A stretch of 58,303 nucleotides of DNA, the filler included, from Platydemus manokwari (lineage: Eukaryota), in assembly GCA_037951405.1 (NCBI GenBank). It is 6 parts of 6 records of this genome, joined end to end, with 100 filler letters (N's around TTAATTAATTAA, not from the genome) between each part and the next. Parts side by side here need not be neighbours in the genome. Positions count along the whole stretch, not along the records: positions 19,509 to 28,593 come from JBBMOY011301984.1; positions 28,694 to 37,639 come from JBBMOY011324762.1; positions 37,740 to 47,923 come from JBBMOY011160437.1; 3 more parts are not named here. One strand, given 5' to 3'. Position 1 is the stretch's first letter, and each line of letters begins with the position of its first letter. Position numbers and translations under genes: made by a program. Shown here one piece after another: positions 27,807 to 41,253 of this stretch. The notes under the pieces are model-generated. The model did no database searches and was not told the origin of the DNA. It saw only the letters and a program-made list of their open reading frames with translations.

Positions 27807-28050
27807 AAAAAATTTTTGTTAGTTGTTTTCATTCAATACGTATTAATGTAAACGGGAGAATTTCAAATAAATTTATGTGATCCGTCTAGGTAAGCGCTAT
27901 GACGAAATAATAGCAATCTCGAATAAAAATATAAAATCTACTTCCTTGTCTGCAATATTTATTTAACAATGAAGTTGATAAAAAAATAATATTATTAATA
28001 ATAAGAATAAAATCATTATAAATTATTAATTTAGCACATTGAAATTTTCT

Positions 28051-28195
28051 GTTAAAGTGAAAAGCAGGGATTCTACAATAAAAGTTTTAATTTGTTGAGT
28101 ATATTGCAAAAATCCATATAGTTTACTTCATTATATTCTTTAAAAATATTTTGAATTTTTGATTTAAGTATTTAAGAAGAATTTTACGTTTTTGA
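28051..28195 (+). mobile_element. MITE family A, truncated copy
   Basis: GTTAAAGTGAAAAG...TTTGTTGAGTATATTGCAAAAATCC...TAAGAAGAATTTT matches 11390-11525. Similarity stops just before the TGTTGGGG element. Confidence 0.65.
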
Positions 28196-28205
28196 AAAAC
28201 GTATT

Positions 28206-28593
28206 TGTTGGGGTTCTGGCCCAACTAGTTACTTAAAAACAATTGATTTACATTGAAAAATGTGTGTATGACAGTACGTATAAAATGTGTATTAATTTTT
28301 ATTTTTATCAATGTGTATTTTTATGACCCTCGCTTTCTGGAGAAAAGATCTGTTTAAAATATTGATATTTATAATAATCATTATTTATACATATACGTAA
28401 AATAATATTTCCAATAAAATCCCCAATTGAAAACCCGCCGAAATCCCTTAAAAAATAAATTAATTTATAAAATTTCAATATGTAATGAGATGTCGTGCAT
28501 TAACAGCGACAAATATATTGTCATCTGTTTCTGCGCATGAAAATTCTGTAGCAGAATAAAATATATCACTCGATTAAATTTAATCGAGAGATA
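28206..28593 (+). mobile_element. Probable LTR 5' end (TGTTGGGG family), running towards the contig end
   Basis: About 75 nt beginning TGTTGGGGTTCTGGCCCAACTAGTT are nearly identical to 58227-58303, with a sharp shared 5' boundary at TG. The 3' extent is not determinable. Confidence 0.6.
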
Positions 28594-28693
28594 NNNNNNN
28601 NNNNNNNNNNNNNNNNNNNNNNNNNNNNNNNNNNNNNTTAATTAATTAANNNNNNNNNNNNNNNNNNNNNNNNNNNNNNNNNNNNNNNNNNNN
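28594..28693. other. Artificial contig linker
   Basis: N44-TTAATTAATTAA-N44. Confidence 0.97.
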
Positions 28694-28782
28694 ACAGAAG
28701 CAGAAGTCAATTCAGCGGTCAAGAAAAGCAAATATTTTAACAGTTTAGAGAAATATGAATTGTTTGAAGAGTCTTCAAAGGA

Positions 28783-29355
28783 ATGGAAATGAAGGAATTA
28801 GCAACACGATTTGGAATAAAACACGAATTTACCTCCCCATACCAACATCAGGCAAATGGCTTAACTGAAAGGATGATTAGGACGGTCATAGATATGGTGG
28901 TTACAACGATGGCATCAGAGAAACAGGCTTGGGATAAATTAATACCGCAGATAGAATTCATTATCAATGCAACATATCAAAGTTCAATTCAACATTCTCC
29001 TTTTGAAATATTGTTTGGACGAAGAACTAATATAAATAGATTAAGACTAAATGAATCAAGCCATCACGACCAGATCATCAAAAAAACGGAAAATCAGCTA
29101 AAATCAGTAGCCAAAAACTTAAAAAAATTCAATGCTAAAAAAAGAGGTTGTAGAATTTTCATAGTTGGAGAAGAAGTTTTAGTGAAGAAAGAACCACTTA
29201 AGATAAAGAAGAACGAAGATCGTTATGAAGGTCCACACAAAATTTTGAAATTTTTAAGTCCACATCAAGTTCTTCTTGATTTCCAGGGACAGTCAAAACT
29301 TCGAAGAATTGAATGGTTAAAAAGGATCTCAAAAACAACGGGAAAGGGAAGTTAG
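28783..29355 (+). mobile_element. Ty3/gypsy integrase C-terminal part with polypurine tract
   Basis: FTSPYQHQANGLTERMIRT, W...IPQIEFIINAT..SSIQHSPFEILFGR and the GPY/F-module variant RYEGPHKI. Purine tract GGGAAAGGGAAG at 29340-29351 overlaps the ORF end. Confidence 0.9.
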
Positions 29356-32337
29356 ATAAAAATGAGATTTGTTTTAATATTAAAAATAGAAACCGTGTAA
29401 TTTTTGAAATACGGATGGACAAATGAAAAAGCGAAAGCGAGAAGTAACCTCACATACCAAGCAACAATGGTACAGTTTGAAAAAACCTGGGAGACATTTT
29501 TTAAAAATGAAGCTAATGTAGATTTAAATGCATGTAGTTAATCATATTCTTTGAATTTCAATCCAATACAATTTTTGATTTTGAAAAGATTCATGTGACA
29601 TTGGCATTGATAAGATTCTTTTATGACTTTATGAGTACTTATCTCCGATTAAACGATTTTGAATCTGACATTTATGATTTTGTTTTTCATAGACATTTTG
29701 ATAACGATTTTGTAAATTATATAAATTTGATTTTGTAAAGACTGTATAAAATGGTTATAATTACATAAATTATTATTATTTATAAAATTTAAATTATTAG
29801 TCAATGAATTCAAAAATTGATTAAATTTTCGAAGAAAGAAAATTAATCAAGTTTAATCAATTTTTTAATTTCAAATGTCAAAAGATTTCATTAAAATTGC
29901 GGTGCAAAGTATCAAAAACGATAAATATTTCCACTTGATTTACGCGTACTAAGAACGCTTATTCAACGACTGTATACGTTACTGCAAAGCTACCACAAAT
30001 AACTTACACAAAATTTGGATAATTTTATATATTTGAACCTAACTGATGAATCGAGAAAAAATTAGAGCCTTGATCAATAATACCTATCGAACCTTTACGT
30101 ATTAAAGATTATAAAGATAAAAACCAATAATATTTCTTTGGTAAAAGCGTATTTTAATAATTTAACCAAAATATAACAGAAAAATCTCGAATTTATAAAT
30201 ATATAAATTCATAATCATTAATATGCTACTTATGTTCTTGCGCTTTCAGCAAGATAACTACATGTATTGCTGATAAATTTATTGTTTGAGTAAATCAAGG
30301 TGTATACATTGTGATTTATTCTTAAATGAGTAATTGTTGAGTGTTGATTTAATAACCTACATATAAAATAAAAAACATATTAATTCAATAAGAACTCTGT
30401 TGAGATTTGTAGACAGACAACAGACACCCAATAAAAGTTATATAAAGTTAAACTTTTGTGTTATTTTTCAGTTGTCAAATTCAACTCTTGGGGGTGCTAA
30501 ATTTTTTAATTCCAAACATACAAACTTTAACTTTACAATTTCAATCTAATTTACCGAACCTGATCACCTTAAATTTAAAATATCTAAACCTTAGCCGATT
30601 ACCGTAAATTACTAAAAAAATATTAGGAATATATTTATTTTCCATGTTAGCTGTAAATAATCGAATTGAAAAGTTTATTAGTTAGACACTATCAAAACAA
30701 TTTCGTGCAATATGAGTGCCTTCAAAAAAGCGTATCGAGAAGTTTTTGAACAGAAATTTGACTGAAATTGGAATTGAGATGAAGTTATCTGAGGTTAAAA
30801 ATGACTACTAAGATAGTTTGGTTTTAAAGGTTATAGTAAAATATCAATTTTTGCAATTACAAATGTTGAAAAATCCACAATGAATAAACATTTTTGATTT
30901 GAGAAAAAATTTATAGACTAAAGTAATTATCAGTTTTTAAACAACGATCACGTTTAATTGATGATATTGTAGGAAGTGATCCTTTAAATTATAATGCGAT
31001 TATACTCGAAATCAGTAGCCTGGAAATAAAGGGTAAAATAATTTCAAACAATCTTAATTAACATCTTTGAATTGAACAATATAAATTTTGTGGCATTATT
31101 TTTAAATTCAACATTAACAAAGAAAGTAATTTATATGATGTTGTTATTGTTTCAATATTTGTTGCCTAAGCGTGAAGGTTGGCGATTTTTTAATTACTTG
31201 GTACTACATATTTGTAGTTTTTGATATTTTTTATTTAGTAAACATCTCTGTTAATTTTAAGCTGAGGTGACATATATTTTATTATATAGAATATGGGCAG
31301 TCAATATTTCTCAGAAAATCCAAAGCGGTCTCAGAATCAGTTTTAAAGGTTAAATTCGCAGTAAGTTCATATTGTCTAAAAAATTAGTTAATGTTTTCTA
31401 TAGCACTACTTTGATGTACGTTAAGGGCTTATGAGTTGATTTGATACTCTGCTAATTATCCAAAGATCCATACATTTAATAATTTGTTTCTATGTTCGCA
31501 ATACCTTTTCATCAGTGGTATTTTTATTCTTAAATGTACTTTTATATTCTACTGGTTTGTTATTTTACCACAAATCCATCTAACTTTGTTGGATAACTAA
31601 ATGAAATATCAACTGTTTACAAAAACTAATTAGTGATAATTTTAGTGAAAACGAAAGTAGACGTGTTGTAACAGAATGAGTTTTTTGAAATTGTTTAATG
31701 TTTTGATTTTATTCTAATATTTTCGACAAAATATAATCGGACTACCTTGCTGCGCTTGTAGCAATATAAAATTATCCCTCACCCAACTTGACATTATTTG
31801 TTATATTCTAAAATTATATAAAAGTCAATGCAAACTTAGAAATATGCTCATCTCTTGACTAAACATAAGATATTTACGGTTTCCTTAGATTTAATTGAAC
31901 AATTTACAATTCTGTTCGATACAATTCGTTTCAACTTGTTTAGAAAACCAGCTGTCTAACTAACCACAAATTTTAAATACATGATTTTAAAGAAATACGT
32001 GCTTTAAAGAATATATAAGATCAAAGGTATCATAATTTCTTCATTCAGATATAAATAGGATCATTTTTTTAATTTTACTAGAATTAACATTACCAGAAAA
32101 GCAACATGGAAACGAATAATCAAAGCCAACATTGCTATTGGCTAGAATTCTAAAATTTATTTGAAAATGTATTGAAATAAAATCCAAATCAATGCAACTT
32201 GTAACACTTTATATCAACAAACAAAATGTTAGGAAAGTTTAAAAACTCTGAGTTGATATTGGGAAATTTCATTGTAAATATATTTAAAGAATAAACATTG
32301 TTTTCTCTTTAACAAAAATAAATGTTTAAAAATTTAT

Positions 32338-32584
32338 TTAATATTTAAAAGGTGGCAATTGGGTAGGAAGAATTTTGTGTCTGGTCTTCATGATGATTCT
32401 ACTTTCTGAGTTCTGGTCCTCTGGGGAATATTTAGCAGGATGAGCTGACAAGGTTGGCTTCATTTCCGGATCAAAACACTAAAACAAAGATTTATTACAG
32501 ATAACAGGGAAAACAAATTATTACTCTTAGAGTATATACTCTTTCATTATTGGCATTTAAATAATATCTAAGATTCAAAGGCAT
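32338..32584 (-). CDS. NOP10: H/ACA ribonucleoprotein subunit NOP10 (66 aa, 2 exons)
   Basis: Exons 32584-32525 and 32478-32338 with a 46-nt GT-AG intron give [66 protein letters not shown], matching the Nop10 signature YY.N..G.RVYTL...P....T.SAHPA.FSP.D. Confidence 0.95.
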
Positions 32585-35329
32585 AGTTTTATTCGACGTG
32601 AAAGTTTAAAATATAAAAAATATATTATTTAAACAAATTAAAATGAAAACAACGTGAAAAATGATTTTTGTTTATTTAAAATTTAGATACATTATCATTA
32701 AAGTAAAAATAAACTATATACTTAGGATAAGGATAATTAAAATAAAATTTCATCAATCAGTTTAATATTTAAGTTCATAACTTATTTTTGTTTAATTTAA
32801 GGTATTCATATAAATTATTAAATTTATTTATTAAAATTATGAAATTGAATTTAAGATTCATAATATTTATAATTTCTTAATTCAAATTGTAATTGATTTT
32901 TCTGGTACTAATTTTCAAACCAAAACAATATTATTTTAAATGACTATTTCATATTTTAAAAAATTTCTGGATAAATATGATCAACTGTATTTTAATTTTG
33001 ATAATATTTAACATACTTATTCTTCAAAATATCTTTCAAAATAAGCCAAGTTACGAAATCGAATTTTGGATTTCTATGAAATTGTTCTCTTTGTATCCTC
33101 GAATTTGATTAAACTTTAATATTGTAGTTGGTGTTATCAAAGGTTTGTATTATAAATATATAGAAAATCAAACAACTACAAACTAGCTTCAATCCAATGA
33201 ACATATATATAATGAACATATATATAATTAAAAATTGCTGGTCCTATGATTTATTCTGAGATATATTGTAAGCATGGTCAAGCTAAAGTTTGGTGACAGT
33301 TCGAGTTAAATAATACTAGGCTGTGTATTTACGTCTAAATTTAACCGATTTGTATAATCAAAATAGTATTAAATTATAAAAATTAATATAAATCAAACAA
33401 AGACAATATTAAAAAAAATTATATTTATGTAATTTTACTTCAGTTTTATTGTAAGTTCATTAAATTTAATGTTTAATTAGATTATGATCCTATGCTCATC
33501 TATACTCTGTTCACCCTAAAATTAACATTGCAAGTTATATAACTGAGCTCTATAAATAATACAAGTCAACTCTTGAAACAATAAAAAACGATAAAATAAT
33601 AATACATAAAATTTAATAATAATAATAATACATAGAAAATTTTATAATTTTTGTCCTAAAAGCTGGCCGCAAAATATCATCACCTGAGCTGTTAGTACTT
33701 GTTCTGCTACAAGATAAAGTATAAGAAACGAATTTCTTTAGGCTGTAGATAAATTATTATTTTCAGTCTTCTATCTATACGTTTATTAATTTATAAACTT
33801 CAATCGGTATAATTGATTGTGAAGTTATGATGATCACTAACACATTAAATTAAAAAATACGCAGATCTTATTATAATTTCGAACAAATAAATCTTGTTGT
33901 AATAAAACTTTCGTTTCTACGTTACACGCTCACCTATGACATAATTCTTTAAAAATCTATTTATTTAAAATTTAAATTGTGACGATTTGTATAATGGGTG
34001 TTATGAAATTTATCGAATTGTGTGTTGCTTATAGCTTATTCACAGATATCTTTCGAGGTTTCCCCCTCAATCTTTTTTTAGCAGCAGAATAATATTTCAA
34101 GATGCATAACTTAATAGCTATACCTAATTTAACGTAATAATATCTCATCACATAAAATAATATGTCATCAGAATATAATTGAAATAAACTTATTTGATCA
34201 TAATTGAACTTATTTTTCTCGAATCACATCGATTCCGAACAGTACCGGAAAACATTATCAAGCGACATATCATTAAGCACTTCCATACTAGACAGTAGCG
34301 CATAGATTAATAAGACAGATAATTAAGATTGTTAGTACCTAATTATTTCAAAACATGTAAGAAAAATTTATAATGTACAAAAAATTGGGATCGATTATCT
34401 TGATTTGTATGCATGGTGATTAAATGAGAGAAGATATACATCCCGGACTTTTTACCTTGAAGCTGAAAAATAGGTGAACAATATACAAGCAGGGACAATC
34501 TTGTTTTCATAATTTAAATGAATTTTCGTCTTGAAGATTTCTACCTTACAGTGTATAAAATAAACCTTACTTCGGTATTTAAACTTGTTAACTAACTCTT
34601 TATAGTTTGGAATTCTTTAAATTATTAATGTCAACCGTTTCAAAAATGTAGCTTCATTGAAAGATTTCTTTTTTTACATCTGTGACTTTATTACTTCTCT
34701 CAAATTCCCTTTAGTTTATTTAATCTTTTTATTATCTCTTAACTTATAACCATTAACTTCTAAATTCACATTGAAATCGATATTATTATTTTCTGTGACT
34801 CGAAAATTGAATATATTATTGAAAAAGTCGATCGAAGTTGTTAATTCTTCAAAATTTTCAATATTTCTTGTCTTCTGCTGATCTCTAAAACCCGAAAATT
34901 ATTCTTCATGTTGCAAATGAAACAAATCTGTACTTCTCAATAAATGAAAATTTTGAAATCGTTCAATTAAATTTATTTCTCTTTAAATCAAATTTCCCAT
35001 TTTATAACTACCTTCATTGACTTCTTGAAAATCTGAAATTTTAAATTTCACTTCATTTTAAGGTTCTGAAAACTGATAAGCACTATCCATTTCCAAAAAA
35101 TTTAATCTCATATATTTTCTTACAATCATAAACTAAAGTATTTTCAGTTATTTCAAATTTCCAAAACCTGAAATCCCAAAAAAATGTTATCGACTTTTTC
35201 AAAATTTATCACTTCAATATCTCCTATTGCAAACTCTTTATCAATTCTGATCAAATCATTCAAAATTTATTTGTAATCATCGTTAAATTTCACACTATAT
35301 TTTTCAACAACTGATATGCGCAATTTGTT

Positions 35330-36303
35330 TTCTGAATCAGCATAAACTCTTTAAGATTACTTTCGCTGCTGGCCAATCAGTCTTAGGGCCAAAAGCTTTT
35401 TCTGCTGAAGTTGACAAATGAAATACGAATTCTCCGATTGTTTTGTATGATTTTTGTGTTTTTGAGAAGAATTTTTGTTGAATACCTACATTTACCTGCC
35501 TCTCCGCTAATTAGATTTTCTGACAGAGCATCTTTGATTGCAATCCATTCTTCCACATTTTGAGGGGCAATTTGAATAAACGTATCTCCATCTGCTCCTT
35601 TTAAATAGATGAATAATTGCTATATCATTATTAGTTTTATACATCTATATGCATAAGTGTGCATAAAGTAATTAGACATAAAATCATTAAATTCGACGGG
35701 ATTGACACCATATTGGTCAATTAGCTAATTCTGGTAACTTGTACAATCTGTTGGAGCATCTTGTTCATAGACTCAGATAGGAATTTGACGTACTGGAATA
35801 AGATTCGCTTGATTGAAATTTTCTTGTTCTTCATTCAAACTGGAATCTGTTTTCTATGTTTTAAAGTCGAGCTCACCAAAAATTGCAATAAATATTAACT
35901 GTCACTAAATACCAAAATTACTTGAGAAAATCACAATAATTTACAAAAAATTCCAATTGTCAAACAACCACGGTCCAAAAGCACAATCTCAATAATCAAT
36001 GAATTATCAACACAAGACGGTATCAACAACCGAAAGTTAAACATTGACAAGGATAACAAATATAAAGACTTGTCAGAAGATTATGTAAAAGTCACACATT
36101 ATAAAAGTTACCCAACAAATTAACTGGCAAATATTCATGAGATCTAACCTCTTATAAAATTATTATGCGTATTCATTTGATGTCTCAAGGTTTCACTTTT
36201 TATTCGATATGGCCGCTCATCCTTGGTTTATTAGTAATTTTTCTTGTATCTATCGTGCTATTAGTGCTTCTCAATGTCTCTTGCTTGTTGTTGGTGTGTA
36301 ACA
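35330..36303 (-). mobile_element. Decayed LTR retrotransposon 5' end: candidate LTR (36303-35884), PBS (35878-35866), gag remnant
   Basis: The minus strand reads TGTTACAC...TATTGCA, then TGGTGAGCTCGAC (close to the tRNA-Trp PBS TGGTGACCCCGAC). A gag-like translation follows: LKGA...EEWIAIKDAL...QKFFSKTQKSYKTIGEFVFHLSTSAEKAFG. Confidence 0.6.
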
Positions 36304-37639
36304 ATTTATTATCGAGTTCTATATATTGATTAAAATATAGGAAGCATCTGGTAGGTTTTTGTCAGATGCGCTTGTCCAATTGGTGGATGTCAACCCTTTG
36401 AGGGTCATTTCCATGGTTTCCTTGAATATTTTGCTTGATTTCATGACCTTGACAACAAATGCATGCTATCATAAAAGGCCGTTATTTGGTGTTGTTCAAA
36501 CATGAATCAGTCAACGAAGCTAATAAAAAACAGTCTGGGATACAATTTAATATAATTATTTATTCATATTGTATAAATTTTGATATTAAAATTGATATTC
36601 AACCATCAAGTAGAATAGATTAAAATGAATTTAAAAAATTTTAAACCTTAAAAAAAATCAGAATCCAAGGTGATTAACAATAAATCAGAAGAATTTAGTA
36701 GCTCCAATAAAATTAACTTTATTACTTAGGATGAAAAGAAACAAATCTGGAAAAAAATAATCAAACAGATTTTAGGAATGGCATTTAATTTACCAGCCAA
36801 AATGAATAAATAATAAAACAGTAGTAAATTTTACACCTAAAAACATCTGTAAACACAAACTCTGCATTAGTGAGAAATAGAATCAAAATTATAGTTATCA
36901 CAGTTGAATTCAAGAGATAACATTTGCTGATTGAGACAAATTTGAGTTCATATTATATAACTTGTAATTGCAACTAGAACATACAGCTTTATCCGATTTG
37001 GTAAATTTTATTTGTTATTCATCGTTTATAAGGTAACTTCCTGAATATAAAAATATTTTATTTTAAAATCTATATTTTTATTAAGTGAAACTTTATTCTG
37101 CGCCCACATTATCTAATAGACTGTCAGATTCATTTTACTAAATCAAAATTTGTTTGATATTAGAATGAAAAATTATCATCAGTTAGTGATAATAGTGTTA
37201 TTAAAGTCAAAATAAAAAACACAATTTATAGTCCAGTCTTCATATTATCCTAGAAGTCTGTAATAAATACCAAAATGTTAATATTTATTGTCAAGCTTCA
37301 TAATACAAACTACTGCTTAGCTGTTTCAATATCAACTTAGTAATTCGTTCAGATATACGATGACATTGAAGTAATTATTCGATTTTCATGGATACAACTA
37401 TGTAGTTTGAATTTTGAAATTATATGTTGTCTTGGTAACTTCATGTAGAAATAATAACTCTTCTTATAAAATAAATTAAAATTTCTAAAATTCATTGGTT
37501 TCAATTAAATTTAATCAAGTTTTTATGATGAAAATATGTATTTAAGTCATAAACCGCTCATTATGAACTTAAAAATTGTAATTATGAGATCATAATTTGT
37601 TTTACTTTTTCAAATGCATTTAAAGTACAAATAAAGATA

Positions 37640-37739
37640 NNNNNNNNNNNNNNNNNNNNNNNNNNNNNNNNNNNNNNNNNNNNTTAATTAATTAANNNNN
37701 NNNNNNNNNNNNNNNNNNNNNNNNNNNNNNNNNNNNNNN
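37640..37739. other. Artificial contig linker
   Basis: N44-TTAATTAATTAA-N44. Confidence 0.97.
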
Positions 37740-38699
37740 CAATTAATAAATGATAACAATTAAATTTATTCATTGAAATACAAATTTTAACTCATTTTTG
37801 TAAAAGCCGGAATCATTCTAATACACCTAATAATTTCTGGATACGAAGTTGATGAACCTCTTTCCTACAATAGTTTTACGAGTAAGTGCCAGTCTTTTTG
37901 GTCGGTAACTTGCGTATAAATCTTATGTTCGTACGATTTTCAGTAATCAATCTTTTTGATTTGCTTTGTATTCTGTTTTGTCTTTCGAGTGTTGATCCCG
38001 TCTTGTGTGATTAATCATTGTTTATTTGTAGTTGTGATTACGATTGTAACATTTTGTGTAACATAGTTTTTAGGTCTAATTATTGATTAATACCCCAACA
38101 TAAGTTTATACGTACTTAATGTATGTAATTCTCTATTTTCAAATTTACACATAAGAATATAGAATAAAAATACTTAAACAATATATTCATTCTGTATAAA
38201 GTCAAATTTACTAAAAAATTCAAATAATTTCGATTGTTTATAATACTTACCCCTCAGATATTAAATTTTCGATGTGTTTAAATCAATCATTTACAATTTC
38301 TAATTTATCTAAACTAATTTGATATTGATAAAAATTATATTAAATAGATAAAATTTGAAAGCAATAACTTTTGATATTTTAAAGAATTACTAAATTTTTA
38401 ATTTGAAGCTACTGATTAAAAACGATTTATTCTTTAACACATACGTAAAGCAACAATAAAATGATTTTCAAAAATAAAACAGACATTCTAAAAATAAAAA
38501 TTACTTGTGCCGCAATATTATTACTTAATGTTCATGGATTATTATTCTTGTGTCATAAAATATTCAAATATTTAATGAGAATATCGTGGATATGAGAGGA
38601 CGCATGTGTACTTTATTTAGTTGAGAAGATCGGTGATTAGATTTACTGTTAAACTCAGACCCAATTAACTGTCAGTCATAGTCATTTATTTAATATCGC

Positions 38700-38830
38700 A
38701 TAAGTCTTCTACAGACCCTAACGTCTCTATATCGGTCGATGAAATTTTATTTAAATTAACGGCTAATTTTGTCGACGTAACATTTACTCCGATAAAATGA
38801 GGTGAAATCTATGTTAAACATATTCAATAT
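38700..38830 (+). pseudogene. piggyBac-like transposase fragment
   Basis: Translation STDPNVSISVDEILFKLTANFVDVTFTPIK*G resembles the piggyBac first catalytic block P...LSVDE.L..F.G......YIP.KP.K. Confidence 0.45.
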
Positions 38831-40039
38831 TTTAAAATGGTTTAGTATTTAGATATTAAGCTGGAAAGCCGTTAGGTGTAATCATATTTCTGCTCTAGAT
38901 AATTAGGTTTCCAATTACAATAATAACTATACGAGTTATGTAATGTTCTTTAGTACCACTATTTCTTGGGTTAATCTGTATCAACGTAGATTAATTTTCT
39001 TGATAATAATTTAAATTTGATTGAGTAAATGTTTATTCTACTCCAGGGAATGTTTTCGTTGTTGTATTTTCCTGGAGATATTAACAATCGCACTTATAAC
39101 CACTAAATGAAGACAATCAATATAGAAATAATTATCTAAATAAAAACAATAGCATAATTTATAGTGTGATAATATAATTATTGAATACAAACACCAAATT
39201 CGCAAAACACCTGTCTCTGGACAAGGATTCAAAATTTGATTTAAATTATTTTCGGAACACACTGAGTTTAAGAATGAGCTTGTTTATGAGCTCTTGCCGT
39301 CGAATAAGATTGGTGTGTCGCTGTCTGTTTGGTGGTCGCTAAAACTTTAATTAGAATTTTCATATTAAAAGTTTGACTCTCATTTGATATGAAATGTGTT
39401 GAGTGTAAAATTCTATCGATTATCGCATTTGATAATATGTAACTGAAGTTTATTAATTTGAGGAGGAATGATACAAATTACGTATTACCATAATTGCAGA
39501 CCCGGAGAGAGGAGAGTTCCTGTAACCATTGTTAAATATATCATCACAAGTTATTAAGAACAATATAAATTGTTTAATGCGGCATGAAAATAGTCTTTAA
39601 TATTAATAATAATCCCCTCTTAATAAGAGCATTTTTTAAAAATAAATAACAAATATTTGGCAATAAATGTTCTGTAATAATCGGTACATAAGTGCATGTT
39701 TATTGATTTAAATTTTTATGTTTTATCTTAATTTTTTTGTGATTTTTATAATCGACAGTGAGAAACATATTCTTAAAAATAAATACTCTGATTCAGGGGA
39801 GAGTTCTTTATTGTTTGATAGAGTTTTTTGGCTCTATTGCCACAAATAATAAATATTTATTATAAATAAAGGGAAATAGAAGCATATATGTCACAGAAGC
39901 GATATACATTTGTAGCTGCCATCTTTCTCGCCAATTGATCCTGCAATCACAAATATTAGCGTTGGCGGATATATTTTAACCACCACCTGATCATTAAAAG
40001 TTACCATGAATGTTAATGTTTATAACTTTTAGATTGATT

Positions 40040-40480
40040 TGAAATTTTGAAATTTATAGGGTTTTTGGATTTGTATCACCAATACTTCGAAAATTTTTAC
40101 TTGCAATGTTAACCGATTCTTTCATATTGATCCTAGTTATTGGAGATAAGTATATTATTGATAATATAAATTAACTATTCAAATATGATCCTCGCGATAT
40201 AATATATTCATTAGTCAATATTTTGTTCCTACAAGAGCTAATTTCGCTATAATAATAATGAAAAATAATGCTACTTTTTAATTTAATAATAATTTTAATT
40301 TGTTGAAGGCGCTGAGAATCTTCCATCTCATATAAGCTCTTATTCCTGTCGCATTTAAAACATTGGAATTACGAAAAGGATTGAGACATATTTAGGGAAA
40401 ATAAATGATGTTTTTACCAAGCTTCTCTACGGCTATGTACACAAATCATATGAATCTAAATTCCCAGTGTGAGTTATCCA
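40040..40480 (+). pseudogene. Highly decayed gypsy RT-connection/RNase H remnant
   Basis: LKFIGFLDLYHQYFENF (compare FLGL.NYY..FI.NF) and MYTNHMNL (compare IYTDH.NL), interrupted by stops. Confidence 0.35.
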
Positions 40481-41253
40481 TAAAGTCTATTTGGACAGCA
40501 ACTATACTTTTATCCTTAGTGGTTTATTACCTCAGTTCAAGAAGCTAGGATTACTAGGAATAACAAATTGGTAAACAAGATATGACTTGATCCATTAGAA
40601 GAGTGAAGAAAGAAAATCGATAGTAAAGTCTGATAAATTTAACTCAGAAGATACAAGAAACAAATATCTCGAAGCCAATATTTTATTGAAGACGCACCCG
40701 CATCAAAACAACAAACAAACATCATTGTAAACAAAATCGCCATACCAATCTATACCCAGATCACCATCGATTAACAATCCAAACAAATTCAAAGATTCCG
40801 TTCAATCCAAATTGCAATTCAAGCAACTCATTTCCAATTGCAAACAGTGTACCTGAAATAGACAAATAACATACCATAAATCAGACTGACAAAATAAAAT
40901 TATTTCCTTTTCCAACCCCAATTCAATAATACAATTAAATAATGTAATCAAATTCCTTTTCCAATCCCAATTTACTTTGATTATTTCTATGAAGTCTTTA
41001 TTTTTATTATTATTGCTGTTATATTTGTGTTATAACTATCTCTCAATAATATTGCATTGTTTTTGATTTTCATTTTTATCTTGATTTCGATTATCTTCAT
41101 AATGAGATTATTACATTTCTATAATATGTAAAATTTGAAAATAATCCAGTTGAGTAACGAGAAGAAAAATCAATTAAATTAATAATATTATTAAAAATAT
41201 CATGTCATGATTTGAGGATTAAATAGTCCAATAAATAAGTAATGAAATAAATA

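Noticed and set aside
28206-29355. LTR start and integrase as one continuous retrotransposon
   Set aside because: Separated by an artificial linker, so adjacency cannot be trusted.
29870-30430. Possible Penelope-like RT remnant (LDLRVLR, YSTTVY, CIHCD)
   Set aside because: Requires several frameshifts; too degraded to support.
33196-33225. 15-bp tandem duplication AATGAACATATATAT x2
   Set aside because: Ordinary slippage event in AT-rich DNA.
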